From a virus (taxonomy: Duplodnaviria; Heunggongvirae; Uroviricota; Caudoviricetes): DNA of 64,000 nt. Positions within the stretch are counted from its first letter, which is position 1. Every line of letters starts with the position of its first letter. Of this stretch, positions 45,403 to 53,246 are shown piece by piece. Position numbers and translations under genes: made by a program. Under the pieces are notes generated by a model, which worked only from the letters and a program-made list of their open reading frames with translations, had not been told where the DNA came from and did no database searches. Location of the stretch: IMG/VR virus record IMGVR_UViG_3300033463_000001, positions 211,298 to 275,297 of that record, one strand, 5' to 3'.

Positions 45403-45757
45403 AATCTTTCAATTTTGAAAAATCCATGTCACACGTACCGATAATCGTAATCAACTGTTCTATTAAAGGCTTATCGCTATAGAATAAATCCCAACTTCTG
45501 CTCTTACGAACTCTGCATGTTTTAATGATTTCAATCAGTCTTCCTGCAGACCATGCTGGTGTGTATAAACTAGAAGTTCTAAAATAATCCAGTATTACCT
45601 GTCTGTGTTCATCATCTGGCATGAGCTGTAATGTGTCGTTATTACGCCCCCAACCAACTCCTGAATAATAACAATCTACACTATATAATGGTACGCCAAT
45701 ATCCACTAGACGTTGTGATTGTTCCATAGTGGTAAATCCGTTTTGAATTGATTTCAT
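45395..45757 (-). CDS. paralog family D protein (TPEQSKRLLDLGVP...PCWSAGRLIEIYEIC), copy 1 of 3
   Basis: Start moved to MKSIQNGFTTMEQSQRLVDIGVP by paralog alignment with 48278 and 49166. This gives an ATGA-type 4 nt overlap with the upstream gene. Confidence 0.5.
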   Translation of the reverse strand: MKSIQNGFTTMEQSQRLVDIGVPLYSVDCYYSGVGWGRNNDTLQLMPDDEHRQVILDYFRTSSLYTPAWSAGRLIEIIKTCRVRKSRSWDLFYSDKPLIEQLITIIGTCDMDFSKLKDYE

Positions 45758-46191
45758 TGTTTCGTCATTACGTATATTAAACATTGTTGTAAGCCAACTT
45801 CGAGCGCCTCTTCGTACGAAGGAAAAGTCCACTTATCTGGTTCGCCTAATGGTACATCATCAGCTTCGATATCAGTATCAGTAGCAGCGGATTGCCACAT
45901 CATGCGCCATGTATCCTCACCTTTATCTACCAGCTCAAATCCTGGACATGTGTACACTGCGATGTGTTTAGACTCAAGAAGCCATTTTTGTGCAACCGCC
46001 AAGGTCGGTGCAGAATAGTATTCTACGTCCGGATTAACAGACGCAGTTGCGTTTGCGTTCCAGTCTGATTCATATCCACGGAGGATAAACTTGCCATCTT
46101 TATTGTAATGCGCTGGGCATTCCCAGTCAAAACCAACGGCTTTTAATTGTTTCGCGGTATCGAAACTAACGTATGATTCATGTTTACTCAT
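45754..46191 (-). CDS. paralog family A protein, copy 4 of 4
   Basis: Start moved to MSKHESYVSFDTAKQLKAVGFDW by paralog alignment. ...SAPTLAVAQKWLLE...YEEALEVGLQQCL. Confidence 0.55.
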   Translation of the reverse strand: MSKHESYVSFDTAKQLKAVGFDWECPAHYNKDGKFILRGYESDWNANATASVNPDVEYYSAPTLAVAQKWLLESKHIAVYTCPGFELVDKGEDTWRMMWQSAATDTDIEADDVPLGEPDKWTFPSYEEALEVGLQQCLIYVMTKQ

Positions 46192-46269
46192 ATCACTCTG
46201 TATTTTATATTGCTGTACGCATGAAATCGACAGCATTCTCTAACAATTCTGTTGGTGTCATCCTTTACA

Positions 46270-46569
46270 TCATTTTGGTAATTCTGGGATAGGCATCCAA
46301 TGCGTACATTTATATCCTGAATACCCAAGAAATCTTTTCTCTTTGTTGAGGTCAGTAACGTGCATCGCAGTATATCCAACTAACCCAATAAAGCGCACAA
46401 ATACAAAGTCTCCCTTTTCAGGAAGTTTATCTTCTACACTTATCCACGGGTTCTGCGGATGAGCATCTGCCCATTTGGCACCTTCCGTAAAGTACTCCAT
46501 AGGGTACTTATGGTACATTTCTCCATAGTACGCCTTTGCAACTTGTTTTATTTCTTCTTCGCGTGTCAT
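46270..46569 (-). CDS. DUF551-like protein (99 aa)
   Basis: MTREEEIKQ...NPWISVEDKLPEKGD...CTHWMPIPELPK. Confidence 0.55.
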   Translation of the reverse strand: MTREEEIKQVAKAYYGEMYHKYPMEYFTEGAKWADAHPQNPWISVEDKLPEKGDFVFVRFIGLVGYTAMHVTDLNKEKRFLGYSGYKCTHWMPIPELPK

Positions 46570-46585
46570 AATTCAGTTATCCTTT

Positions 46586-46909
46586 CTATAATTGGGGTAT
46601 CGGCATCCAGTGGGTTACAAATTCTCCATCTTCAAAATCAAGTGTTTCTGGTTCTTCAGAGAAAAACCAATCTTTATTGTTATAATCATATTGCCCCTTA
46701 AACCAATATCCAATATTTGTAAGGGCAATGACTGCTTTCGAAATATTGTCTTTATCCTTTATTGGTAGTTCTTTGCTTGCATCACGCCACGGATTAACCG
46801 GGTGCTCGTCTGCCCATTTGCACGCATCTTGCCATGTAGTACGTTCAGAACAGTCTAAGTCATCCCTCCATTGTTCGTATGCTTTATTTATTTCTTCTTC
46901 GCGCGTCAT
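46586..46909 (-). CDS. DUF551-like protein (107 aa)
   Basis: MTREEEINKAYEQW...NPWRDASKELPIKD...VTHWMPIPQL; adjacent tandem paralog of 46270. Confidence 0.55.
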   Translation of the reverse strand: MTREEEINKAYEQWRDDLDCSERTTWQDACKWADEHPVNPWRDASKELPIKDKDNISKAVIALTNIGYWFKGQYDYNNKDWFFSEEPETLDFEDGEFVTHWMPIPQL

Positions 46910-46923
46910 AATCAGCCATTTCT

Positions 46924-47196
46924 TTAGTCAATCGGTTTTCCGTGCTTCAACTTCTCGGATGCCTCGTTAATCCACTTGATAATCTCGTCGCTCTTCATAA
47001 TGCGTATAGCATACTCATGGATTCGGGCAGACGGTTTCATAAGGTAGTCGTCATAATAATCTAGCACCTCCTCTGTGAAGCCATGTGCCCATTCTGTCGT
47101 CTTGCTAATGATTATCAACAGGATGGCGATTGGGAACAGAATTGCCATTAGGATATAATGGCACAGCATAATTGGTACCACCAATAACTTTTTCAT
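46924..47196 (-). CDS. small membrane protein (90 aa)
   Basis: MKKLLVVPIMLCHYILMAILFPIAILLIIIS hydrophobic N-terminus; first ATG is at 47196 (the ORF track used GTG 47202). Confidence 0.45.
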   Translation of the reverse strand: MKKLLVVPIMLCHYILMAILFPIAILLIIISKTTEWAHGFTEEVLDYYDDYLMKPSARIHEYAIRIMKSDEIIKWINEASEKLKHGKPID

Positions 47197-47198
47197 TT

Positions 47199-47375
47199 TC
47201 ACTCCTCCAATTTTAGTTTTTTAAGATTAAGTAACATAATTTTATCTTCTCCGCATGTTGCAATATCCAATCTCGCATCAGTTACTTCACAATCGCAATA
47301 ATCATGATTGAAATATAATGGGATGTTCTCTACATTATATTTTTGCGCAAATTCATATAATTCTTTTGCTGTCAT
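47199..47375 (-). CDS. small ORF (58 aa) not in the ORF track
   Basis: MTAKELYEFAQKYNVENIPLYFNHDYCDCEVTDARLDIATCGEDKIMLLNLKKLKLEE. ATG 2 nt after the upstream stop; its stop abuts the next start. It fills a 175 nt gap. Confidence 0.35.
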   Translation of the reverse strand: MTAKELYEFAQKYNVENIPLYFNHDYCDCEVTDARLDIATCGEDKIMLLNLKKLKLEE

Positions 47376-47377
47376 AA

Positions 47378-47797
47378 TTACTCCCTCGATATTTCTATTG
47401 CCAGTCCTTTTTCAATTAAACCTCTGTAATCAAAATGGTGTTCATTAAGCCAATCTATTGCTTCGTATGGTATGTACCATGTTTCGTTGTTAAAGTTATG
47501 GTAAACAGTTACGTATCCATATTCCTCTGTATGTCTTCCATTATCCTCTTCTCTAACGTCTATACAGAACTCTTGTTTAAGTTCTTCTTTTTCTTCATCA
47601 GTCATACTTGACAATGGCCGAAGATATGGTTTAATTTCCATACCTGCACACCGATTATACAATACACTCAGGTTTAACTCAGTATCATAAGGCTCACGTT
47701 CATCATAGAATACGTCATGTTCAATATGCACTGTTGGTTTATATGGTAATCTTGCACATAAATCTTTGTATAATATGGTCAAATCTTCCTTTGTCAT
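47378..47797 (-). CDS. hypothetical protein (139 aa)
   Basis: ORF, acidic. Confidence 0.45.
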   Translation of the reverse strand: MTKEDLTILYKDLCARLPYKPTVHIEHDVFYDEREPYDTELNLSVLYNRCAGMEIKPYLRPLSSMTDEEKEELKQEFCIDVREEDNGRHTEEYGYVTVYHNFNNETWYIPYEAIDWLNEHHFDYRGLIEKGLAIEISRE

Positions 47798-48069
47798 AAT
47801 TTTTGACTTACAATTACAAATTTAATATGGTCTGATGGGAATCCAATTGTTTTTTCGTTTTCGATATATGGCTTACGTTCACAGTATCCATACAATCCGC
47901 TTTTTTCAACGGTTACTACCATCTTTAATGTCTTTGGTTTTTCAATAAATTCTTTAACAATTCCAGTCATTACAAAAGAATTACCGGTTGTCCATCCATC
48001 AGACATTACAATTCTATCACCAATTTTTGGTGTCTTTCCGTTTAAATCATATATATCATTAATTGTCAT
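47794..48069 (-). CDS. hypothetical protein (91 aa)
   Basis: ORF; start overlaps the upstream stop. Confidence 0.4.
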   Translation of the reverse strand: MTINDIYDLNGKTPKIGDRIVMSDGWTTGNSFVMTGIVKEFIEKPKTLKMVVTVEKSGLYGYCERKPYIENEKTIGFPSDHIKFVIVSQKL

Positions 48070-48080
48070 AATTGAGCTAT

Positions 48081-48248
48081 TTAATTTCCTAATGCAATTT
48101 CTATTGCTCTTTCAGCAGCACTAAGACTAACTACATATGAACATTCTGTATATTCTCGACAATCTGGTCCATATGATTTTTCTATGTGATGCATTTTGAA
48201 CATATTAAGATAATCCAATGCTTTCTTTTTTCTGTCTTCCTTTTTCAT
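48081..48248 (-). CDS. small ORF (55 aa) not in the ORF track
   Basis: MKKEDRKKKALDYLNMFKMHHIEKSYGPDCREYTECSYVVSLSAAERAIEIALGN; occupies the 48070-48277 gap on the coding strand of the block. Confidence 0.3.
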   Translation of the reverse strand: MKKEDRKKKALDYLNMFKMHHIEKSYGPDCREYTECSYVVSLSAAERAIEIALGN

Positions 48249-48277
48249 ATTTTATTTGTTTTCATTGTTTGTCATAT

Positions 48278-48613
48278 TCACTCATCCAATTTTAAAAAGT
48301 CAAACCTATATTTTTTCTCCACATCTTCAAAATCTTCGAGTAGCATATCAATTTTTGAATAATTTTCAATAATTTCGTTTTGCCACACTTGTCCGGTACA
48401 GATTTCATACACCTCAATCAGTTGGCCAACCGACCAACAAGGAGTAAATCTGGTGTATGTGTCAAAGAATGAACTTTCTAACTTACCGTATACTCGAACT
48501 TCTAAATTCTTGTAATGGTCATAATAGCAATCCGCACTATCAGCCGGAACGCCTAAATCCAACAGCCGTTTTGACTGCTCTGGTGTTGTGAAATTACTTC
48601 GTAGCTTCTTCAT
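48278..48613 (-). CDS. paralog family D protein, copy 2 of 3
   Basis: MKKLRSNFTTPEQSKRLLDLGVPADSADCYY...PCWSVGQLIEVYEIC. Confidence 0.5.
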   Translation of the reverse strand: MKKLRSNFTTPEQSKRLLDLGVPADSADCYYDHYKNLEVRVYGKLESSFFDTYTRFTPCWSVGQLIEVYEICTGQVWQNEIIENYSKIDMLLEDFEDVEKKYRFDFLKLDE

Positions 48614-49169
48614 GTTTCAAATTTCTTCTAAATTCAATTTCATCACGATATTGTGGTGGGATAATAGCTGTTACCAACGCTTCACCAAATTCAATTTGGT
48701 TGTAAGGTTTAATATCTTTCCCATCTTTATGGCCACATCCGAGACTGAATCCCATGCTGAAATAGTATTCCAGCATGCTTGCAAGTCTACGTTGAGCTGC
48801 GAAGACGAAATCGCCAGGAATACGATGGTTATGCCTAGCTATACTGGGGAAAACTTCCTCAACATCTTTGTCACGTGCAATTTGAAAATCGGGATGATTC
48901 TCGTATTTTTTTGCGTGGTCGAAATGCATTTCATATTCCCTTTGTATACGTGCAGCTATTTCACGGTACGCATCCTCTTTTCCCATGAAATATGAGATTT
49001 GGTCTGCTTCATTGTGCCTATCGTAATGCTCCAGAACCAGTTTCCATTGTGCATTTTTGCAGTTATCAGCGATGTTATCGAGAGCTGTCATCAATTCACT
49101 ATAAAACTTCGCATAAAGCTCAAGTGCGTACGGCAATGCTATATCAAATTCTTCTTTTGTCATGGTCAT
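48594..49169 (-). CDS. hypothetical protein (191 aa)
   Basis: ORF coupled on both sides; His-rich segments. Confidence 0.45.
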   Translation of the reverse strand: MTMTKEEFDIALPYALELYAKFYSELMTALDNIADNCKNAQWKLVLEHYDRHNEADQISYFMGKEDAYREIAARIQREYEMHFDHAKKYENHPDFQIARDKDVEEVFPSIARHNHRIPGDFVFAAQRRLASMLEYYFSMGFSLGCGHKDGKDIKPYNQIEFGEALVTAIIPPQYRDEIEFRRNLKHEEATK

Positions 49170-49525
49170 TCCTCTAGTTTTGAAAGGTCGAGTCTATGAT
49201 TCAGGAATGCAGATTCCATTGTCGTGTAGATGTCTGCGAAAACGCCATATACGTCAAGTCGAGTGAAAATCTTTCCAGAACAGATTTCGTAGATTTCAAT
49301 GAGTCGCCCGGCAGACCAACAAGGTCGCATGTTAGGCGCTATCTCATATGTAAATGCTGTTGTGAGTTGTTCCGAATAGGTTTGGTCGCCACAGTGGAAT
49401 ATTCTTGACAGTTCCTTGCGCCTATTCTCGTGGAAATAGCAATCAGCAGTATCTTCCGGGAGGCCTAACTCTAAGAGCCGTTTCGCTTGCTCCGGTGTTG
49501 TGTAGTTATTTTGTAATTTTCTCAT
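49166..49525 (-). CDS. paralog family D protein, copy 3 of 3
   Basis: MRKLQNNYTTPEQAKRLLELGLPEDTADCYF...PCWSAGRLIEIYEIC. Confidence 0.5.
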   Translation of the reverse strand: MRKLQNNYTTPEQAKRLLELGLPEDTADCYFHENRRKELSRIFHCGDQTYSEQLTTAFTYEIAPNMRPCWSAGRLIEIYEICSGKIFTRLDVYGVFADIYTTMESAFLNHRLDLSKLEE

Positions 49526-49527
49526 AA

Positions 49528-50175
49528 TCAGTCAACTAGTTCGAATTCGTAAACAAATACAATTGGGTTATACGGTTCGCACGGAAGATTCCGATACGCT
49601 TTCTTTGGTTTTTTCCGGATTTTATCCATGAGTAATAGAAATGCCTCGCGGGCGGTCGGCTTCCACTCTTCGATTGTTCCATGGCTAAATATATACGCGA
49701 CCTTGGAACCGTTTTCGCAGTAGTTTACCTCATGAATACCTTCCCTAAGAGCATCCTCTTCGCTGATATCTTGTAACTCTTGTGCTGTGATGCTTGTGAT
49801 GCGGATATGGTGTGGCATGTATTTTGCCTTAGCAAAGAGTTTATTGTTCCAACCTGTGAGAATACCTTCTCCACTGCATACAGCTTCTCTGTAACACATA
49901 CACGGAACGTCTTTGTACTTTTGTGCAACAGCTACAATCTCACCAACATGGTACTGCGAGCGGATGTACTGCTCCGGCTCATATGAGAACTCGTCCGGGT
50001 CGAGCACTTCGATGAACAGGTACTGTCCATCGCCTACGACCTTTCCTGCTGGCCATCGATAGAAGCCGATTTCCTTTTTGCCACGATAGCGAGCCACACG
50101 GCGCGTCATTGTTTTCTTTCCTTTCAGTACAGCATCTGTTAGTCTGTACTTATCGTTGAACATTATCTTTTTCAT
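49528..50175 (-). CDS. ASCH (PUA-like) domain protein
   Basis: N-terminal FNDKYRLTDAVLKGKKTMTRR resembles the ASCH GxKxxExR beta-barrel start; later ISEEDALREG. Confidence 0.45.
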   Translation of the reverse strand: MKKIMFNDKYRLTDAVLKGKKTMTRRVARYRGKKEIGFYRWPAGKVVGDGQYLFIEVLDPDEFSYEPEQYIRSQYHVGEIVAVAQKYKDVPCMCYREAVCSGEGILTGWNNKLFAKAKYMPHHIRITSITAQELQDISEEDALREGIHEVNYCENGSKVAYIFSHGTIEEWKPTAREAFLLLMDKIRKKPKKAYRNLPCEPYNPIVFVYEFELVD

Positions 50176-50178
50176 AAT

Positions 50179-50742
50179 TTACCTCCATTCGTGATGACAG
50201 TCGAGACATTCGAACCGGTCTGCAAACATGCCAGGATAACAGTGTATATTTGTCGAACCGCACTTTGGGCAGCATTCCAAGTTGTTAACTTCTATTTTTC
50301 CATAATCTCGCAGCTGTTTCAATCTTGAACAAAACTCAGTTTGCGTTAGTACGGTTTTTGTTTTATCATTTTTTCCGATTGAGTGTGTAAGCGTACACCC
50401 TTTTGTTGCTTCTAGTGCATTCCTGAACCCAGCATTCTCGTATAATGCATTGTATGCTCTATCTAGTAATACTTGATATTCTTTAGATTGACGAGCAATC
50501 GCTTTACCCTGCCAATACAAAGTTTGTGTTTTCCACCACTTTTTATTTTTACCCTTAAATTTGGCGGCTTTTCCAACAAGCGTACATACATATTTCTGCA
50601 TATCTACCGATTCAAACTTGAGAGACTGTAAAAAGCCTTCCATTGAATTGCACTGGACTCCATCTATTACAAACGGGTGCGGTGCAAAATTCGATAGAGC
50701 AGAACTTGGATAACTATTTCCACTTCCTATATCCATTACCAA
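50179..50742 (-). CDS. NADAR (YbiA/DUF1768) domain protein with C-terminal zinc ribbon
   Basis: ...SALSNFAPHPFVIDGVQCNSMEGFLQSLKF... aligns with E. coli YbiA FSNFAAWPIKVDGKTWPTSEHYFQAQKF. C-terminal CCPKCGS...CLDCHH. Confidence 0.7.
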   Translation of the reverse strand: MVMDIGSGNSYPSSALSNFAPHPFVIDGVQCNSMEGFLQSLKFESVDMQKYVCTLVGKAAKFKGKNKKWWKTQTLYWQGKAIARQSKEYQVLLDRAYNALYENAGFRNALEATKGCTLTHSIGKNDKTKTVLTQTEFCSRLKQLRDYGKIEVNNLECCPKCGSTNIHCYPGMFADRFECLDCHHEWR

Positions 50743-51149
50743 TTATATTTTAATACTCGCTCAATTTTTCTATTTCCGTACGTTCCAAAGATGCGCCCAA
50801 CCACTATACGAGCTCCTTCCTTCTGCGTGTGTATATCATATAAGGTGACTGCCAAAGTGTTGTCCTGTACATCTGAAACGATTCCGTAGTGATATCTTGG
50901 AGAATTGGCCGAGTCGTTCATAATGTAGAGAACGTGGTCTCCTCGATGCAGCTTATACGACTTGATATCAGTCCAATCTGTTTCCTTAACTTCGTCATCA
51001 GTGTCTTCCGGTGGAAACAGGTCTACAACAGCGAAGTCATTATCAACCATTACGTCACCTACGAGCGCACTCTCTTCGTTTATCGTCATCTGAACCGAGT
51101 AGTTATTCGGAACAGAGTCGAGACGTTGTATAAGTTCTTGTTTTGTCAT
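50736..51149 (-). CDS. hypothetical protein (137 aa)
   Basis: ORF; start overlaps the upstream stop. Confidence 0.45.
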   Translation of the reverse strand: MTKQELIQRLDSVPNNYSVQMTINEESALVGDVMVDNDFAVVDLFPPEDTDDEVKETDWTDIKSYKLHRGDHVLYIMNDSANSPRYHYGIVSDVQDNTLAVTLYDIHTQKEGARIVVGRIFGTYGNRKIERVLKYNW

Positions 51150-51544
51150 TCTTCTGTGTATTTGTGGAAATATTCGTTTACGAACGGCGACCCGTCTTCC
51201 TTTTGTATCTCCTCACACCTGTGAGCCCATGCTACGAATCTATGAATAGGCCAAATATCGGAATACATTCCTATAGGACAATCAATATCATTGTAGTGCA
51301 TGTGGTAGTGATGTACACAGCCGCCAATGAGCTGCATCCATTCACCTTCACTATCCTCCTCAATTTTACCACCAGAGAGTACGTAGTCAATCATTTCTTG
51401 AGCCGTGTGAAAATAACCACACAATTCCATGCGTTCATACTTTTCCTGCTTACGCTCTTCCTCACGTCTTTTCATTTCAGCATCATATTGAGCTGCAAGT
51501 TCCTCAAGAGTCTTACCACTCTTTTTTCCGTACTTGACTTCCAT
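51146..51544 (-). CDS. hypothetical protein (132 aa)
   Basis: ORF; charged N-terminus; His/Cys cluster (CVHHYHMHYNDIDC). Confidence 0.45.
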   Translation of the reverse strand: MEVKYGKKSGKTLEELAAQYDAEMKRREEERKQEKYERMELCGYFHTAQEMIDYVLSGGKIEEDSEGEWMQLIGGCVHHYHMHYNDIDCPIGMYSDIWPIHRFVAWAHRCEEIQKEDGSPFVNEYFHKYTEE

Positions 51545-51548
51545 ATTA

Positions 51549-51881
51549 TTATTCTTCTAGTTGGTCAATAATTTCTAATCCGTTATTTGTGCTGGCCTCA
51601 CAAAAGTTCCGCAAGCCTTGTTCAAACTCGTCCATATCGAACTTGCTGCCAGTACTAGTGTGACATCTGAATTTGTAGTGGCATTCCGGGCATTCAAACA
51701 CAGCCATCAATCCCCAACTTGTTTCACACCAGCCGATGATGTTTGCTTTGATGTATCTACCCTCTTTATCCCACGCCGCATATGCCAAGTCGCAACGTCC
51801 ACATTTACAGTTTAATCCTGCGGAATATGGAATAGTTTCCCATTGGGTGATTTTCGGTAAAATATCAGTAATTCTTTTCAT
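51549..51881 (-). CDS. hypothetical Cys-rich (zinc-finger-like) protein (110 aa)
   Basis: CKCGRC...CPECHYKFRC pairs. First gene after promoter 51899-51949. Confidence 0.45.
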   Translation of the reverse strand: MKRITDILPKITQWETIPYSAGLNCKCGRCDLAYAAWDKEGRYIKANIIGWCETSWGLMAVFECPECHYKFRCHTSTGSKFDMDEFEQGLRNFCEASTNNGLEIIDQLEE

Positions 51882-51898
51882 GCGCTTTCAAATTTCGG

Positions 51899-51949
51899 TG
51901 CAAAGATATGTAAAAATTTTGAATTTTGCAAATCCTTTGGACGATTTTT
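51899..51949 (-). promoter_or_regulatory. Bacteroidota-type promoter within a 50 nt conserved repeat, copy 3 of 3
   Basis: Minus-strand read: AAAATCGTCCAAAGGATTTG-caaaattcaaaatttttaca-TATCTTTG, 13 nt before ATG 51881. Divergent from the + strand fibre genes. Confidence 0.6.
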
Positions 51950-52064
51950 GGCTATTATCCATGGATTTGCATGTCTCGCTACTAATATAGTCCCGGTGAA
52001 CGGTACTTTGTACCACAATCGTTGATTTTTATCTGGCATAAGGTATGAAACCGTTGAAATACGT

Positions 52065-52073
52065 ATTTATTGG
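52065..52073 (+). promoter_or_regulatory. TATTTATTG motif (copy 5)
   Basis: ACGTATTTATTGGTAGTAG, 19 nt upstream of ATG 52093. Confidence 0.4.
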
Positions 52074-52092
52074 TAGTAGATTGCTATAGCAA

Positions 52093-53238
52093 ATGTTTGA
52101 GCACGAATATACAATAGAACAACTTAAAAGCTACTTCCTAACCGGTTTAAAACCAACTGAGGAACAGTTTGCCAGATTCATCAAAGAGTGTTACAATAAC
52201 GACGAAGAGGTTATTGCCGCACTTCAGTCATGGACAACGGATGAACTAAATGCGTTAAAGAGTTACGTCGATGAGGCCGACCAGGAAATCATCGATATGA
52301 TTAACCGCATCGCCGCACGTATTGACCATGATTTCGATGTTTCGTACAATATCGGTGGGTATAACCAAGGTGATATCATCACAAGCGGCACCACTGTTCA
52401 AGATGTAGTAGAGCATCTATTGCATACAGTATTCCAAGCAGAGGCTGCAATCGAACCGTCTGCTGTTGTAAGCATTAACGGAACCAGTGGCGACACATAC
52501 TATGTTGAGGTTGGTACAACATTTACACCGACGATTGAGTCTATCTATAATGACGGAAAATTGCTGACGTGGAATCACTATACAAGCGGCTACACAGACA
52601 GTCTTAACTCGGTTTCTACACATTATCCACAATTCTACATTGACGGTGAGTTACAAACCGGAACTGGTATGCAATGCCGCGTGCCAATTACTGTTCCTAA
52701 ACCGTCCAGTGTCACACAAGAGTCTATTGTTCCTGTTTATACAGTGCAAGAGTACGACACGTCTACAGGTGTTGCTAAAAACTCTGACGATACTGTAGGT
52801 ACTGCTGCGGTATTCCCTGCTTCTGAGTGCACTGCTCAAACAATGAATATCGTTGGTCGCTTCATGTATTTCGGCGGGTACACCACGAAGGCAGGATATG
52901 ATGCGATTATCGACTCGGATAGTGTTCGTGCATTAACCACATTCAGCGGATTCATTGATAGGAATGGTGTTGAAGTTACACGTTTCAATGAGCGCCAGTA
53001 CACCAGAACAGATGGTAGTGAGTTCTACCTTGTTGTGGCAGTTCCTGACGGATATGGTGTTAGTGTTGATAACGAAGCAAGTATGGAAACACCGATGTCA
53101 TACAGTGCAGGAACAATTGCTGTGTATACAGGTGGTGGTATGGATAAATCAAATCCTTCACTGCAACAGCAGTATCGCCTATTCTTCACACCGCAGAATG
53201 GTGCAACATTTAGAAATCTATATATCTACAAAGAATAA
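52093..53238 (+). CDS. tail fibre-associated protein (381 aa)
   Basis: N-terminus (...LKSYFLTGLKPTEEQFARFIKECYNND) resembles that of ORF 33434 (...LWELFRNGDKPNEEDFLTLLNECYNDG). Precedes the giant fibre. Confidence 0.5.
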   Translation: MFEHEYTIEQLKSYFLTGLKPTEEQFARFIKECYNNDEEVIAALQSWTTDELNALKSYVDEADQEIIDMINRIAARIDHDFDVSYNIGGYNQGDIITSGTTVQDVVEHLLHTVFQAEAAIEPSAVVSINGTSGDTYYVEVGTTFTPTIESIYNDGKLLTWNHYTSGYTDSLNSVSTHYPQFYIDGELQTGTGMQCRVPITVPKPSSVTQESIVPVYTVQEYDTSTGVAKNSDDTVGTAAVFPASECTAQTMNIVGRFMYFGGYTTKAGYDAIIDSDSVRALTTFSGFIDRNGVEVTRFNERQYTRTDGSEFYLVVAVPDGYGVSVDNEASMETPMSYSAGTIAVYTGGGMDKSNPSLQQQYRLFFTPQNGATFRNLYIYKE

Positions 53239-53246
53239 TACAATCC

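Noticed and set aside
26567-51949. Possible CRISPR array or transposon ends suggested by the repeated 50 nt element
   Set aside because: Only three dispersed copies, each placed immediately 5' of a gene start and containing TTTG/TAnnTTTG boxes. There is no regular spacing and no cas genes, so a promoter repeat is the better explanation.
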